Shown: positions 13,186-25,590, counted from the first letter of the stretch. The stretch: DNA of 64,000 bases from Octopus vulgaris (GCA_951406725.2 OX597821.1:76942001-77006000); one strand, 5' to 3'. Translations and numbers: made by a program. The notes: generated from the letters alone by a model not told the origin.

Positions 13186-13883
13186 TACATATATGTATGT
13201 GTTTATATATATACATAAATTGGAGAAAGAGAGAGAGAGGGAGAGAAAGGGAGAGAGAAAGAGAAAAAGAGAGTGAGAAAAAATAATAGGCCTCTTTTAC
13301 TTGTTCTGTATCATAAAAAATATTCCCAACAATAACTTTTGCATCGTCCTGACCTAAACAAATACTATTGTCAAAAGAATCTTGTCTATAAATATCACTG
13401 GCTGGGAAAATTGGAGAAGCGAACTAAAAAAAAAGTGCCTTTTGCACTACCATATATTATATTGGTGTTGACTGAAGTCTGCAACACTTAATTAGCAAAC
13501 TCTCCGTTATTGAACTAATAGCTTCTTCGAGATGCAGCGTTGTTCATTTTTAACTAGAGGGCAAGAGTTAGATATCAGGATACGTCTCTAGTTTTCGTCA
13601 CAATGGGAGTTGTGACGAAAATTCTCATGAGCAAAAAAGTATTAAAGTACGTCTGACATGAAATATCTGGTGGCACTTAAAAGATAATTGGTATCTAGGT
13701 GGTTTATTTATTTATTTCGTTTCTTTTATTTTTTCTGTTATTTTTTTTTTTGCACAATTGCGCAAGGTATTAAGTCTGAGAGCTTGCATCAACATCGTGT
13801 CATAACGATGAAAGCAAAGTTGACCTTGGTGAAATTTGAACTTAGAATATAAAGGAGTGAAACTAAACGCTACAAAATCTTTA

Positions 13884-14198
13884 TTGTGGAATCTCGGTTT
13901 ACGAATTTCATTCTTTCTTGAAGCCCGTTCATCATCCGAAATGTTCGTAAACCGAAACTATTTTATCCATAGGAAATTCAAGAGAAGGCACGGCGAATTC
14001 GAGCAGCGATATGCAATGAGCAAAAACTAAACAACATCTGACGTTCTCCCGCTGATACTTTCAGTTTTTTGTCAACCGTTGTTGTTTGCTTGCATGTTCG
14101 TTACTCAAGACACCGTTAACGTTTTATGTTGGGAAAATTGCTTGTTCGTAAACCAATTTGTTCGTGATGAGAAGCATTCGTAAACCGAGGTTCCGTTG
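13884..14198. mobile_element. Tigger/pogo-like MITE
   Basis: TIRs GGAATCTCGGTTTACGAA / TTCGTAAACCGAGGTTCC; internal TTCGTAAACC repeats; TA on the left side. Confidence 0.8.
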
Positions 14199-15131
14199 CA
14201 TTTCTGTTCCGCGCTAGAATTTACATCGATCTGTCTTTTGACGGTTCCCGTATCGTGACGAATATTTCATACGCAGAGTTTGCTAGCCCATCACCTATTT
14301 ATGGCGTAAGAGACACTGTTAGGGGTCCACGCGATCCTTTCCTCTCACGGTGAATCGTGGTCGACTGAAAATGAGAGAGGAGAGGAGAAAACAGGGGGAG
14401 GTGAGGAAGAGAGAGACGAAGAGAGGGAGAGGTGGAAAAGAGAGAGAGGGGAGAGAGAATTGTCGATTCTTATTGGAATAAACAGTCAAATATGGCGTTC
14501 AAGTGGGCTGATGAGCTGTGTGACTGCCATGTGAAGAAACTCTTCGTCGTTAGTGCATGCATACATATGTAGACACACTTGCATAAAATACATAGTTAAA
14601 TGCGTACAAACGTGTATGTGCGTTTGTATGTTATGTACGTTGAGTGAATTTCTGTATGTGTGTGTGTTTGTGTGTGTGTATGTGTGTTATCCTACCAAGT
14701 TTGAAATATAGTCGAAAATATAAATATCTACAAAAATTTGCTTATAAATTAGTGCATCGAACAAAAATGCTTAGAAATTAATATTCAAAGTGAGAATGTT
14801 TTCTGACTTAGCAAAAAACAGTGCAGTTGTCTAAAGGTTTGACCTATGGTAATCTGCAATCAAATTCTCACAGTATCAACATCGCATATTATTTTCGCGC
14901 AGTCGATATGTCAAATGGACCTGTCATTTGAGTAAAATGGTAAAATTCAAAAGGGTCTTGTGCTCTGAAAATATTTCAAGGGCCAGTGCTTGCGTTCGAG
15001 TTACATATTGCATTTTGAAAACAGTAGGCCAGCGTGGATACATTTGTTGGTTAATTGCACTTCTGAGGGCGAAAGTGATAAAGTTGATTCTGTGTAAAAT
15101 GGGAGAAATTAAAATACGAGTCATTTTTGTT

Positions 15132-15183
<52 letters not shown>

Positions 15184-15334
15184 GAGGTAATGGTGTCAAT
15201 AAGACCCAAAGGTGTCAGGTGATACTGAGTAAGTGCTATGGACAGACTATAGTTAAGCTCCAGATTCAGTGATTATGCGAATGAGGAGTACAACGTACGT
15301 CATATATCAGCATGCGTCATGTTGGATCGTTAGC

Positions 15335-15525
15335 CCCTACACGCAATTTTTTTCTCTCCTTGTTTCTCTCCTTGTTTCTTTTCTGTGTATCTTTCTGACG
15401 AAGAGCGTAGGCTCGAAACGTAAAAGACTTGTTTTATTTCTATTCCTGAGTGCCATACTAATACATTGTTTGTTCGTACTCCACCTGCCTTCGTCTTTTG
15501 TTTATTTTCGTAAACCTTCCCGTTA
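15335..15525 (+). mobile_element. ~190-bp HHR-bearing short element (family H1)
   Basis: Homologues at 39455-39642 (-), 43380-43568 (-) and 47150-47303 (+); ends in (TA)n. Confidence 0.85.
15390..15427 (+). ncRNA. Minimal type I hammerhead
   Basis: TCTTT-CTGACGA-a-GAGC gtag GCTC-GAAA-CG-TA-AAAGA, with palindromic stem III (ACGU). Confidence 0.8.
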
Positions 15526-15949
15526 TATATATATATATGTTTGTATGTATGTATATGTGTATGTATGTATGTATGTATGTATGTATGTATGTATGTATGT
15601 ATGTATGTATATGTGTATGTATATATGCACATACACATACCTACATGTAAATATGTATGCATGCGTGTGCATATACGAATTCGAGTATGTGTGCGTGTGT
15701 ACTTGAAACTGAAACATGTTAATACGTGAATACATTCATACCTACATACAAACACACACACATACATACATACATGCTTACATACATACATACATGAACA
15801 TTCATACATGCATACATATTCATACATACTTACATACGTTTAATCATACATACACATATATAAACATATATTGTATATTTACATACTGAATGATTGATAG
15901 ATAGACAGATAGATACGCACGCACACATGTTTATATATGTGTGTGTGTA

Positions 15950-16170
<221 letters not shown>

Positions 16171-16573
16171 ATGATAAATGTGTCCGAGACTGTGTGTGGC
16201 ACTCTCTTATTTTTTCATCGTTTACTTTTCTTTTCTTCAAAATGAAACGCATTAGTGAATCAGAACTGTCCAGCGATGTGGAACACAAGCACGGAACTAG
16301 GTAAGCAGACCATCTCTAGAAGAAGCAGCCATATATCTAACGAATATATATTTTGGGTGGCATCAGAGTGTGTTGTGGCCCGTAACTATCTGTAATCTGT
16401 TGATGCTTAACTTGAGAATAATGGCGGTTGGGCGAAATATTATCTTTTCTTTTGTTTCATTTCTTTGTATCCTAATTAAACCTGAATAGGCTTCAGAGGG
16501 AAATCTATACACAAACATTCTTCGGCATTAAACATCGTTCATTTATACACACGCGCACGCGCAGACAACATAC

Positions 16574-16617
<44 letters not shown>

Positions 16618-16672
16618 GCTACACATACACATATATATACATATGTATGCATGTATATATATATATATATGT

Positions 16673-16717
<45 letters not shown>

Positions 16718-16841
16718 AATATGTATACTTATATACATATATGTATATATATACATATATATATATATGTGTGTATATATATACATATGTAAACATATGT
16801 ATATATATGTATGTATATATGTATGTGTGTGTGTCTATATA

Positions 16842-16929
<88 letters not shown>

Positions 16930-17572
16930 CATCCTGTAATGGCCTTTCAGGCGTAACATTGTATTTTTAGGAACCATTTTAAGGAAGAATATTTGTTCTT
17001 CTATGTGTGCCTCTGCATTGGTGGGGGTCGGATGAGGTGTAGGGTTAGTTGTCATTTTATTTAATTTTCTTGACTGAGCTTCTTGTCCATAGATAAAAAC
17101 GCAAACTAAAATAGTCTGTAGCGTATCAGAATAAAATTTATTTCTGTTACAGACATATTCTACGAACCTCAAGATGCAAGACACGTAAATTAAATAGTCA
17201 TTTAATATAGAAGTCAGTTTTTAATTGGTGAGAATTCACCAATAAAGATTTCTACCATATTTTCTTTTGACAAATGAGAAACAAACAAGCCAAAGAAAAA
17301 ACGAAATATATTACACACAAAACAACAACAACAACGAAAAGAATACAAAGAAATACGAATGAAATTCCTGAAAATAAAATGTGATTCTTTCTTATGGCTT
17401 TAGGAAAGCTGAGATGCACAATGACTGGTTTTAATGCAGTTAATCTAAGATAAGTTATTTAGAGGCGTCATCTTCATGTCAAGCACGTCTCCAGTTATTG
17501 GTTACCCTTTGTCATCATACATTAGAAATGCTCTTGCTATTTCATGTACATCAGGAACTCCACATATCTGTG

Positions 17573-17881
17573 AATGTGGAGGCACATGACGTAGTGGTTA
17601 GAGCAGCGGATTTGCAGTCAAGAGATTGCAGATTCGAATCTCAGACCGGGCGATGTGTGTGTTTATGAGCGAAACACCTAAGCTCCACGCGGTTCCGGCG
17701 GAAGGTAATGGCGAACTTCTGCTGACTCTTTCGCCACAACTTTCTCTCACTTTTTCCTCCTGCATCTAGCAGCTCACCTGCGACGGACCGGCGTCCCGTT
17801 CAGGTGGGGAACCTGTACGCCAAGGAAACCGAGAAACCGGCCCTTATGAGTCAGGTGTGGCTCGAGAAGGAACAAACAACA
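17573..17881 (+). mobile_element. tRNA-derived SINE family C with target-site duplication
   Basis: A-box and B-box head (TGACGTAGTGG..GATTCGAATC), (AAC)n tail, TSD ACATATCTGTG at 17562-17572 and 17882-17892. Confidence 0.9.
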
Positions 17882-18257
17882 ACATATCTGTGTATCTTTT
17901 AGTTGATAATGTCTTAATACAAGTAAAACATGCTAACTTGTGTAGTCGCCGAAATAATTAAGATAATAATATTTGTCGATGACTAATATTTTTGTTCTAA
18001 TTATTATTCTGAATTATTTCTTTTTTATGCTCCTTGCATGAAACATATTAGCGCTAACATATCTAAGATGAGTTAGTTTGCGGGACCCATTCTTTGCTAA
18101 GTGACATTCACAATGAGAATTAGACTCACAACCTGCGATCTACTTGTCAATTATACTGAGCCCCTACAATAGGGATCCTGCTGTTTAGAGTCAGAGAATT
18201 AGGAATGCACGTAGTACGTATCACTAATCTCGAGAACGAAGCTTATTCAGTGTTAAA

Positions 18258-18647
18258 TCTCTCTATATAAAGCTGAAGTTGTCTGTGTATGGCAGGTTTG
18301 GTAGCCTTCAACTAACACTATCTCCTCCGAGACCCCGCAGCGCAAGTTGACCAAAATTGAGAGTATGTTAGAAGAAAGCTTGCTTTTCCTTCAGTAGAAG
18401 AAAAAATTCAAATTGGACCATGTTAAGACCAAAAATTATTTACACCAAAAAGGTGATTTTTTTCTATGGAAATCCCTATTTTTTATGATTTTTTGACTGC
18501 TGTGTCGCCATTTTTCGGTGTATATCCACCAGAAAAATGTTCACTTAAAGAGAATAACAAGCTACATAATGCAAAAGTTTCACTTTTCAAAAATTCTAAT
18601 TCTAAACGATCGAAACAAAACCGAGCAACGCCGGGCGATACCGCGAG
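18258..18647 (+). mobile_element. Non-autonomous Helitron
   Basis: A|TC 5' end (ATCTCTCTATATAAA); 3' hairpin CCGAGCAACGCCGGG followed by C(G)AG|T; 3' end resembles 12720-12747. Confidence 0.7.
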
Positions 18648-18733
18648 TACAGATATAAATACAAGCTGAGTCACAATAACATCAAACCTTAGCTCCTTTT
18701 TATTTTAAATAAATTAAAGCTCTGTACCCTCAC

Positions 18734-18850
18734 CAAGTTCTCTGCAATCATCGCTTTCTGTTCCATACATCTTGTTAGCGAAACCGTTCAGTTTGATCCA
18801 TTCTCCACTAATCACTTTGCTATCATCGTTACAACACACATCGTGCATCA
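18734..18850 (-). CDS. Candidate internal coding exon (phase 1-1, 117 nt), unknown Cys-containing protein
   Basis: Acceptor TTTTTATTTCGTCCAG and donor G|GTGAGG; open frame VMHDVCCNDDSKVISGEWIKLNGFANKMYGTESDDCRELG in unique sequence. Confidence 0.45.
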
Positions 18851-19028
18851 CTGGACGAAATAAAAACATATTCACAGATTTCATAAACACCCGCTGAAAG
18901 CACTTCCAGGAGAAAGACAGGAGTACGATTTGCAGGGGTTTATTATATCGCAATAACAGATGTGGATAAACCAATGAATGGAGCCAAAGATGTAAATGTA
19001 GAAAGCTAAAAAAAAATCTGTATATGTG

Positions 19029-19077
<49 letters not shown>

Positions 19078-19119
19078 AGATTTTATATATATATACACAT
19101 ATATATGTATATGTATATA

Positions 19120-19262
19120 GCTTCCGTCTACTAAATCCACTCACAAGGCTTTGGTCAGCCCGAGACTGAAGCCGAACGCACTTGCCTAAAGTGCATCGCT
19201 GCGGGACTGAACCCTGAACCATGTGGTTGCGAAGCAGCTTTTTACTACACAGCCACGCCTAT
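19120..19262 (-). mobile_element. SINE family B head
   Basis: Matches the family B consensus. Confidence 0.85.
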
Positions 19263-19467
19263 GCCAAATGTGTATTCTTAAAACAACTATGTTTGAAAAA
19301 AAGATCCTGTAAACGATCTTCTTCAAATTTAAATCTAAAAATCTTATTTCTTTTGTGTCCAACACGTCACGGAACAAATATATTTATTTACATTTCATAT
19401 GTATTTTGAAGACAGATAAAGATACATTATTGAATTTCAACATTTTTTCTTCTGTTCTCCACTATTG

Positions 19468-19835
19468 TGGAGGCGCAATGGCCCAGTGGTTAGGTCGGCG
19501 GACTCGCGGACATAGGATCGCAGTTTCGATTCCCAGACCGGGCGTTGTGAATGTTTATTGAGTGAAAACATCTAAAGTTCCACGAGGCTCCGGCAGGGGC
19601 TGGTGGCGAACCCTGCTATACTCTTTCTCTCACGCTTTCTTCCTGTTTCTGATGTACCTGTATTTCAAAGGGCCGGCCTTGTCACACTCTGTGTCACGCT
19701 GAATCTCTCTCGAGAACTACGTTAAGTGTATACGTGTCTGTGGATTGCTCAGCCACTTGCACGTTAATTTCACGAGCAGGTTGTTCTGTTGATCGGATCA
19801 GCTGGAACCCTCGTCGTCGTAACCGACGGAGTTCC
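19468..19835 (+). mobile_element. SINE family C, full length
   Basis: GGAGGCGCAATGGCCCAGTGGTTAGG (A box)..GTTTCGATTCCC (B box)..CTGGAACCCTCGTCGTCGTAACCGACGGAG; flanked by TCCACTAT repeats. Confidence 0.9.
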
Positions 19836-20151
19836 ACTATCTATCATTGCTGAAATATCTTTTGGCAAATAAAACTTAGTTTGAAGTGATCGACTCGAAG
19901 CTGAGCCTCGTTTTAATTTTCATTATTCTTATTAATTTATTTGTTATTTTCATTCGTTCAAGAATAACGAAAGTAAATAACAATGCTTTCGTAGCTTTTT
20001 AATGATTTTCCTGACATCTCCCGGCTCCAATGTTGTTCGTTTGTCATCAGCCTGAAACCTTCTTCCCACCCCCACTCTGTCACAACTGATTAGTTCTACT
20101 CTCTGACACTCACCACCACCACCATCACCACCACTACTACTGCTGCTGCTG

Positions 20152-20213
<62 letters not shown>

Positions 20214-20615
20214 GCCATCAGCATCATCACCATCGTCGTCTGCAACATTGCTACTACAACGATCTTTGAGACCCTACCATTTTGGAAACAGGAACATCTG
20301 TACATGTCAAACATCTCAATGTCTTTTATTCTTTCTCACACACATGCTTATACATACACACACACATACTCTTGTTTGGCAGTTCTTTCTTTCCCTCCCG
20401 CTCTCCCGCCCTCTCTACCAACCCACCTATTTCTTTCTCTCTCTCTCTCTCCCTCTCTCTTCTCTCTTACAATTGCTTGGTTGTTCTTTCTTTCCCATTG
20501 CTCTAAACCCCTTTCTCTTGTTCGTTCTCTTTCCTGCATCGAACAGTCAATCGTTTTTAAGTATAAATCTGCAGAGTACACAAACCGTAATTCGATGTGT
20601 AGAAGAAGAGAGAAC

Positions 20616-20665
<50 letters not shown>

Positions 20666-21508
20666 CACACAAAGGATAAGGGATTGATTGTGCGCGTGTA
20701 TTAGAATGAAAATAGAGTACACTCAGTCTCTCTCTCTTTCTTTTACTCTTACACAATCTGCTCATTCGCTTCTTTATAGCTTTCATCTTTTCTTTCTCTT
20801 TCACTCTCCCTTTCTCTTCTTCGCACTTTCATTCAATCGTTCCATCCTAACTCATTCTCCTCCCCCTCTCCTTTCATCATTTTCCTCTTCTTCTCCACTA
20901 TTCTTTTCTTCCTTCATACTTAATCCCAATCTGCCTACCACTACTGACTCGCCCCCTCCCCCACCACACACACACCTAATTTCTGTCAGTTCTTTCTCTG
21001 TTTACTTTACATTCATTCAATTCAATTTCACCAATTCTTCTTTCAGTAAAAGACTTTTCCTAGGAGTCATTTTTCCTTGCTTCCAGCGACCTTGATTTCA
21101 CTAACCTTCCACCCCTCATCTAACACAAACATCGCTTCTCCCCCTCCTCCTCCTCTACACACACATACACACACATGAACAAACAGAAAGGTGCTGGTCT
21201 TCATAAAAAAATCGACAAGAAGAGAGTACACTGAAGACCGTTTCGGACAGAGTTCTTCCTCAAAGAGAAGATAACACGGAAGAAGTTATAGGAGTAAGAT
21301 AAAGGATTTAAAGCAACGCTGTCGCACTTCTATTTTGCTCATGTCTCCTTTTCCCCGAAGAAGAACTTTCTCCGAAACGTTAGATATTCTGCTTCACACG
21401 GGTAGTCCCCTTTACACTTTTGTCGATTTTGTTATATAAAACTACTTTTGCCGGCCCAAAACCCAGTCTCTTTGGAGAATATCTGGAGAGTGTCTGATTG
21501 CACACATA

Positions 21509-21577
<69 letters not shown>

Positions 21578-21988
21578 GTACTAATATACTCAGATACTTT
21601 ACGGCCAGAATTGTCTCAGGCTATATGTAACTTAATAGCAACATATATATGCGTGTGGCTGATTGGCTTGATAAGTGTTAGGATATCAAGATATTTTCTT
21701 AACATGAAACCAATGGTAGCCTCAATACACAAATGAAAATAAATATTCACCAATGCGATGTTGAGCACTTATTCTCACTGTTTGACATTTACGTATTTAT
21801 ATACACATGCATATATATAAACAATGTATGTATGCATGTATGTATACACACACACACACACACACATACATAGATATATAAATATGTAAATGTATATACA
21901 TACATATAAGCTCACCAACATCGGTTGTCAAGCGATGGTGGTAGGACAAATACACACAGAAATTTATGCACATATATATATATTATAT

Positions 21989-22030
<42 letters not shown>

Positions 22031-22034
<4 letters not shown>

Positions 22035-22637
22035 CCTCCTAACAGTGAACACGCTTTCTTCCTGCGCTCTTAAAAATCTTTCCTCGTCTAGGCCCAAAAA
22101 AGCCCTCATTGTTTGTTTTCTTGTTTGTTTTTATTTCTTGTACTGTATTTTTTTGTAATTGTATTTTTATTTTGTATTTTATTTTGTAATTTTATTTGTA
22201 TCGTTTTTACGTCCTGTTTTTGTCACATTTTTTCTTTCCTTGTTTTTACCCCTCTGCAAAGGAATTTTATTTAATTCTTTCGCAGGAAGGGCTAGTTCGA
22301 CGAGTCGTGTTCTGTCCTCACCTTCGAAACACGCATGGAGTCGTACTAGGGACAGCTGATGAAGGGGATTTTTCCTTGTGTTGTTTGTCTTGTACTCTGT
22401 TTTTTCTTTTTAAAAAAAGGGTCCTTTTCCATGTTTGTTTTTACGTTTTCGTTTCTCGTTGAGTTCTACGTCTATTTGTGGTGTCCTGTACTCACGTATA
22501 TATATTTATATATGCATGTATATATACATGTAGATGTAGGTACGTACATATATGTATGTATGTATACATATATTTTATTTATTACACTATTGTATGACTG
22601 AGCGCCCTCGCGTCGTTTCGTTTCCTCCAAGTAAGTT
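22031..22637 (+). mobile_element. Non-autonomous element family F2 between two (TA)n tracts
   Basis: T-rich non-coding unit bounded by (TA)n on both sides, carrying the permuted hammerhead. Single copy in this window. Confidence 0.6.
22286..22377 (+). ncRNA. Permuted, pseudoknotted hammerhead-like ribozyme with kink-turn (F2)
   Basis: GAAGG/CCTTC precedes GAAA(22326). CGTGU/ACACG forms stem III, with GUU site at 22309-22311. CTGTCC/GGACAG forms stem I. CTGATGA lies at 22356-22362. K-turn GA(22302)/ATG-GA(22335-22339) is closed by CTAGTTCGAC/GTCGTACTAG. Confidence 0.75.
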
Positions 22638-22794
22638 TATATATATATATATATATATATATTAATAAAAAGAATTCCAACCTTGTCTGATTTTCACGTT
22701 TTATTTACAATCTTATAATGATATATTATAAGATAATATATTATAATTGAATAAAATAAAATGAAATAGTAGAATGTTAAATATTCATTCTGAT

Positions 22795-22839
22795 TGAACT
22801 AGTACTTTCATGCATTGAATTCTGCAATCTTCGGGTTCA
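22795..22839 (-). ncRNA. Type I hammerhead in the Penelope pLTR
   Basis: Minus strand: TGAAC-CCGAAGA-t-TGCA gaattcaa TGCA-t-GAAA-GTAC-TA-GTTCA. Confidence 0.78.
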
Positions 22840-23333
22840 TGTAGTAGTGTTGACAGTCATGCTTCACAATTTTTGACTGTAGCAAGATGAGTGATTCTGT
22901 GCTATAAATACAGCTGGGTAGGCTCCAGAGTGCTAGGTTTTGCAAACTGTATTCTGACCAATCAGTGTGTAGTATCACTCAATTACTTAAGCTGATTGGT
23001 TGGTTGAGCTGATTGGTTTAGGCATCACGCTTTGTTGGACAGGTCAAGAGTCCTGTATCTTGACCCTGGCCGAAGCAGCAATTGTTGGGTTATTTTTAGA
23101 AATGTTGTAAATATCCTTTGTCAGAGATTTTTATATTTTTATATTTCAATTGTCATCATCATCATTGTCAGCACCTTAATTATTGTTGCTAGTGGTGATG
23201 GTGGTGGCAATAGAACTTTTAACCCTAAATAAGATAATTTTCCTGCTATCTTCGTCTTGATCACCTTTAGTATTGTTGTTGTTGTTAGTGGTCATGGTCG
23301 TAGCAGTGGAAGTAATACCTCTAAGTATTATTA

Positions 23334-24776
23334 TTATTGTTTATTTAGCTTGGGTTCGAATTTATCAATAAAATTCTTTTCTCTGATTTTCCTCTCGATT
23401 TCACTTGGGCTGTGTAATTTGTAGAATGGAAATATTATATATATTTTCCGACCACATGTTGCTAGGTGGTTACTCAAAGGTATCTGACGGACCTCTGGGT
23501 CTCTAATCTGTTGCCGGTGTACACGTGAGCGTTCTAATAGTGCGTTTCCCGTCTGACCTACATATATTTCTTCACAATTTGGGCATTTGATGCAGTAAAT
23601 TAAATTTCTGCTTTTGCAGTTCATATTCGCGTTTGTGAATATTTTCCCGGTTTTTGTGTTTATATATTGACCGGTATGTATGAATTGGCATGTGCCACAT
23701 CGGCTATCATTGCATTTAGATACCGTGAATGTTTGGTCTTTGTTGCTGAGGTCAAATTTTGCCTTTGTTAGTAATGTTTTCAAGTTTTTAGGCTGTCTTT
23801 TACTAAGCACCATAGCTCGATCCTTGATTATGTCTTTTAATTCATTACTTTGGGCAATGATTGGTAGGTTTGCTTTGGCAATGTTGAAGATATTCTGGTG
23901 ACATGGGTTGTGTGTCACTATGAATGGTATGACTTGTTCTTGTTTTCCTCTTCCTTGGGTTGTCCTAAGTTGTTGTATAGGTATTTTTATAGCCCGCTGT
24001 ATGCCATTTTCTATAAGTAGAGATGGGTATTTTTGTTTGAGCAAAAATTCTCTTAGTTCTATTAGGCGTTTGTTCCTGATATTTGCATCTTCTACAATAG
24101 TACAAATTCTTCTGGCTAGGCAGTATGGGATGTTACGTTTTGTATGTGGTGGATGGCACGACTTAAAATTTAGGTATTGATGTGTGTCTGTGTGTTTATA
24201 GTATATATCTGTGGTGATGGTGGTGTCTTTTTTAATTACCATTATATCCAGGAATGGTAATTTGGTACTACTCATCTCCTTTGTAAATTTGAGAGATGGG
24301 TGTAGGTTGTTCAGGAGGATATTGAACTCTTCCAGAGTATTTAGAGATTCTGTCCAGATTATGAAACAGTCGTCTAGGTATCTCTTCCATGCCTTTTCAA
24401 TATACTTTCTAAATCCAGTGCCATAGTTTACCTCCACCTCTTGGTAGAGTTGTTCTTCTAAGTATCCCATTACAGAGTTGGCGTAAACGGGAGCAAACCT
24501 CGTTCCCATCGCCGTGCCTCTAATTTGGATGTAATTCTTTCCATTGAAGAAGAATGTGTTATTTTCTAGAATAAGTTTGACTGTGTCTAATATAAATGGC
24601 ACTGTGAATCTGCTGGGAATCACTTCTCTATGTTTTTCTAACCAGTATTTAATCGCCTTTATTCCTAAATCGTGTGGAATATTGGTGTAGAGGCTTACCA
24701 CATCAAAACTTAGCAAAACTGAATTTGTTTCTGTTGTTTTGGGAAGATGGGACAGGAAGTCGATGTCATCCCTGAT

Positions 24777-24779
<3 letters not shown>
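23334..24779 (-). CDS. Penelope reverse transcriptase plus GIY-YIG endonuclease (5'-truncated, frame open)
   Basis: SFDVVSLYTNIP, QIRGTAMGTRFAP, RYLDDCF, LPFLDI, YYKHTDTHQYL, Cys linker KCNDSRCGTC, NLIYCIKCPNCEEIYVGQT, ends FEPKLN. About 480 codons without a stop. The N-terminal 42 aa of the ORF call are SINE/(TA)n read-through. Confidence 0.95.
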
Positions 24780-24837
<58 letters not shown>

Positions 24838-24841
<4 letters not shown>

Positions 24842-24965
24842 GACAGTCTTCTTTCAGTTTCCGTTTACCAAATCCACTCACAAGGACACTTGCCCAAAGT
24901 GCCACGCAGTGGGACTGGCCCCGGAACCATGTGGTTGGGAAGCAAGCTTCTTACTACATAGCTAC
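24838..24965 (-). mobile_element. SINE family B head, internally deleted
   Basis: Matches the family B consensus. Confidence 0.82.
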
Positions 24966-25143
24966 ATGCATATATGTACGTTGTATACACACACACACAC
25001 ATAATTATATATATATATATACACACATATACATGTAGATATATATATTTACATGCAAGCATGTATGTACGCATGTAAATATGTATGTATGTGCGTGTAT
25101 GTATGTATGTATGTATGTATGTGTGAATGAATGTATGAATGCA

Positions 25144-25231
<88 letters not shown>

Positions 25232-25590
25232 CGTATTTATATTCTACCTTACTCTCACGATCCCATTCCTTTCTTAATTTTCCAACCCAAAATTTCATCC
25301 TTCACTCGTCTGTCGTTCTTTCCGTGGAATTTTCTAAATTTCTCAAAGAATTAAAGAATAACAACAACAATAACAACAAAAACAACAACAATAATAAAAA
25401 ATAACGACAATAATAATAATAATAGTAATTCTACCCTGTTTTACCACCTTGTAGTTTTATTCAACAACGTTAATATATTATACATTCGTAGAATATACAT
25501 ACACATACACATACATACGTACACACACACACACAAAAGTACATACATACATAAGTACATGCATACATATATATTATATATATGTATGTA

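Larger units (their letters stand above)
22663..24780 (-). mobile_element. Penelope-like retroelement (Neptune-type), 5'-truncated, flanked by (TA)n
   Basis: RT and GIY-YIG ORF followed by ~670 bp of 3' pLTR/UTR containing a hammerhead. Confidence 0.93.

Noticed and set aside
14924-15137. Possible DNA transposon end (GAGTCATTTTTGTTGGACA then TA repeat)
   Set aside because: No matching second TIR or homologous copy in the window.
16242-16306. Plus-strand mini-exon MKRISESELSSDVEHKHGT with AG|GTAAGC donor
   Set aside because: Too short, no partner exon found, and chance occurrence is plausible.
16930-17184. Minus-strand open frame containing [12 protein letters not shown]
   Set aside because: Weak splice signals and no recognisable domain.
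19468-19545. tRNA genes at SINE heads (also 17577, 26497, 38480, 54990)
   Set aside because: A and B boxes are present but there is no complete cloverleaf, and they continue into SINE bodies.
22321-22367. Ordinary type II hammerhead reading (GAAA..GUC..CUGAUGA) of the F2 motif
   Set aside because: Stems I and III pair poorly in that register, whereas the upstream CGTGTT-CTGTCC segment pairs perfectly with both.
24780-24905. N-terminus of the 523-aa ORF as a real start
   Set aside because: It is SINE B sequence plus (TA)n read in frame; the Penelope copy is 5'-truncated.
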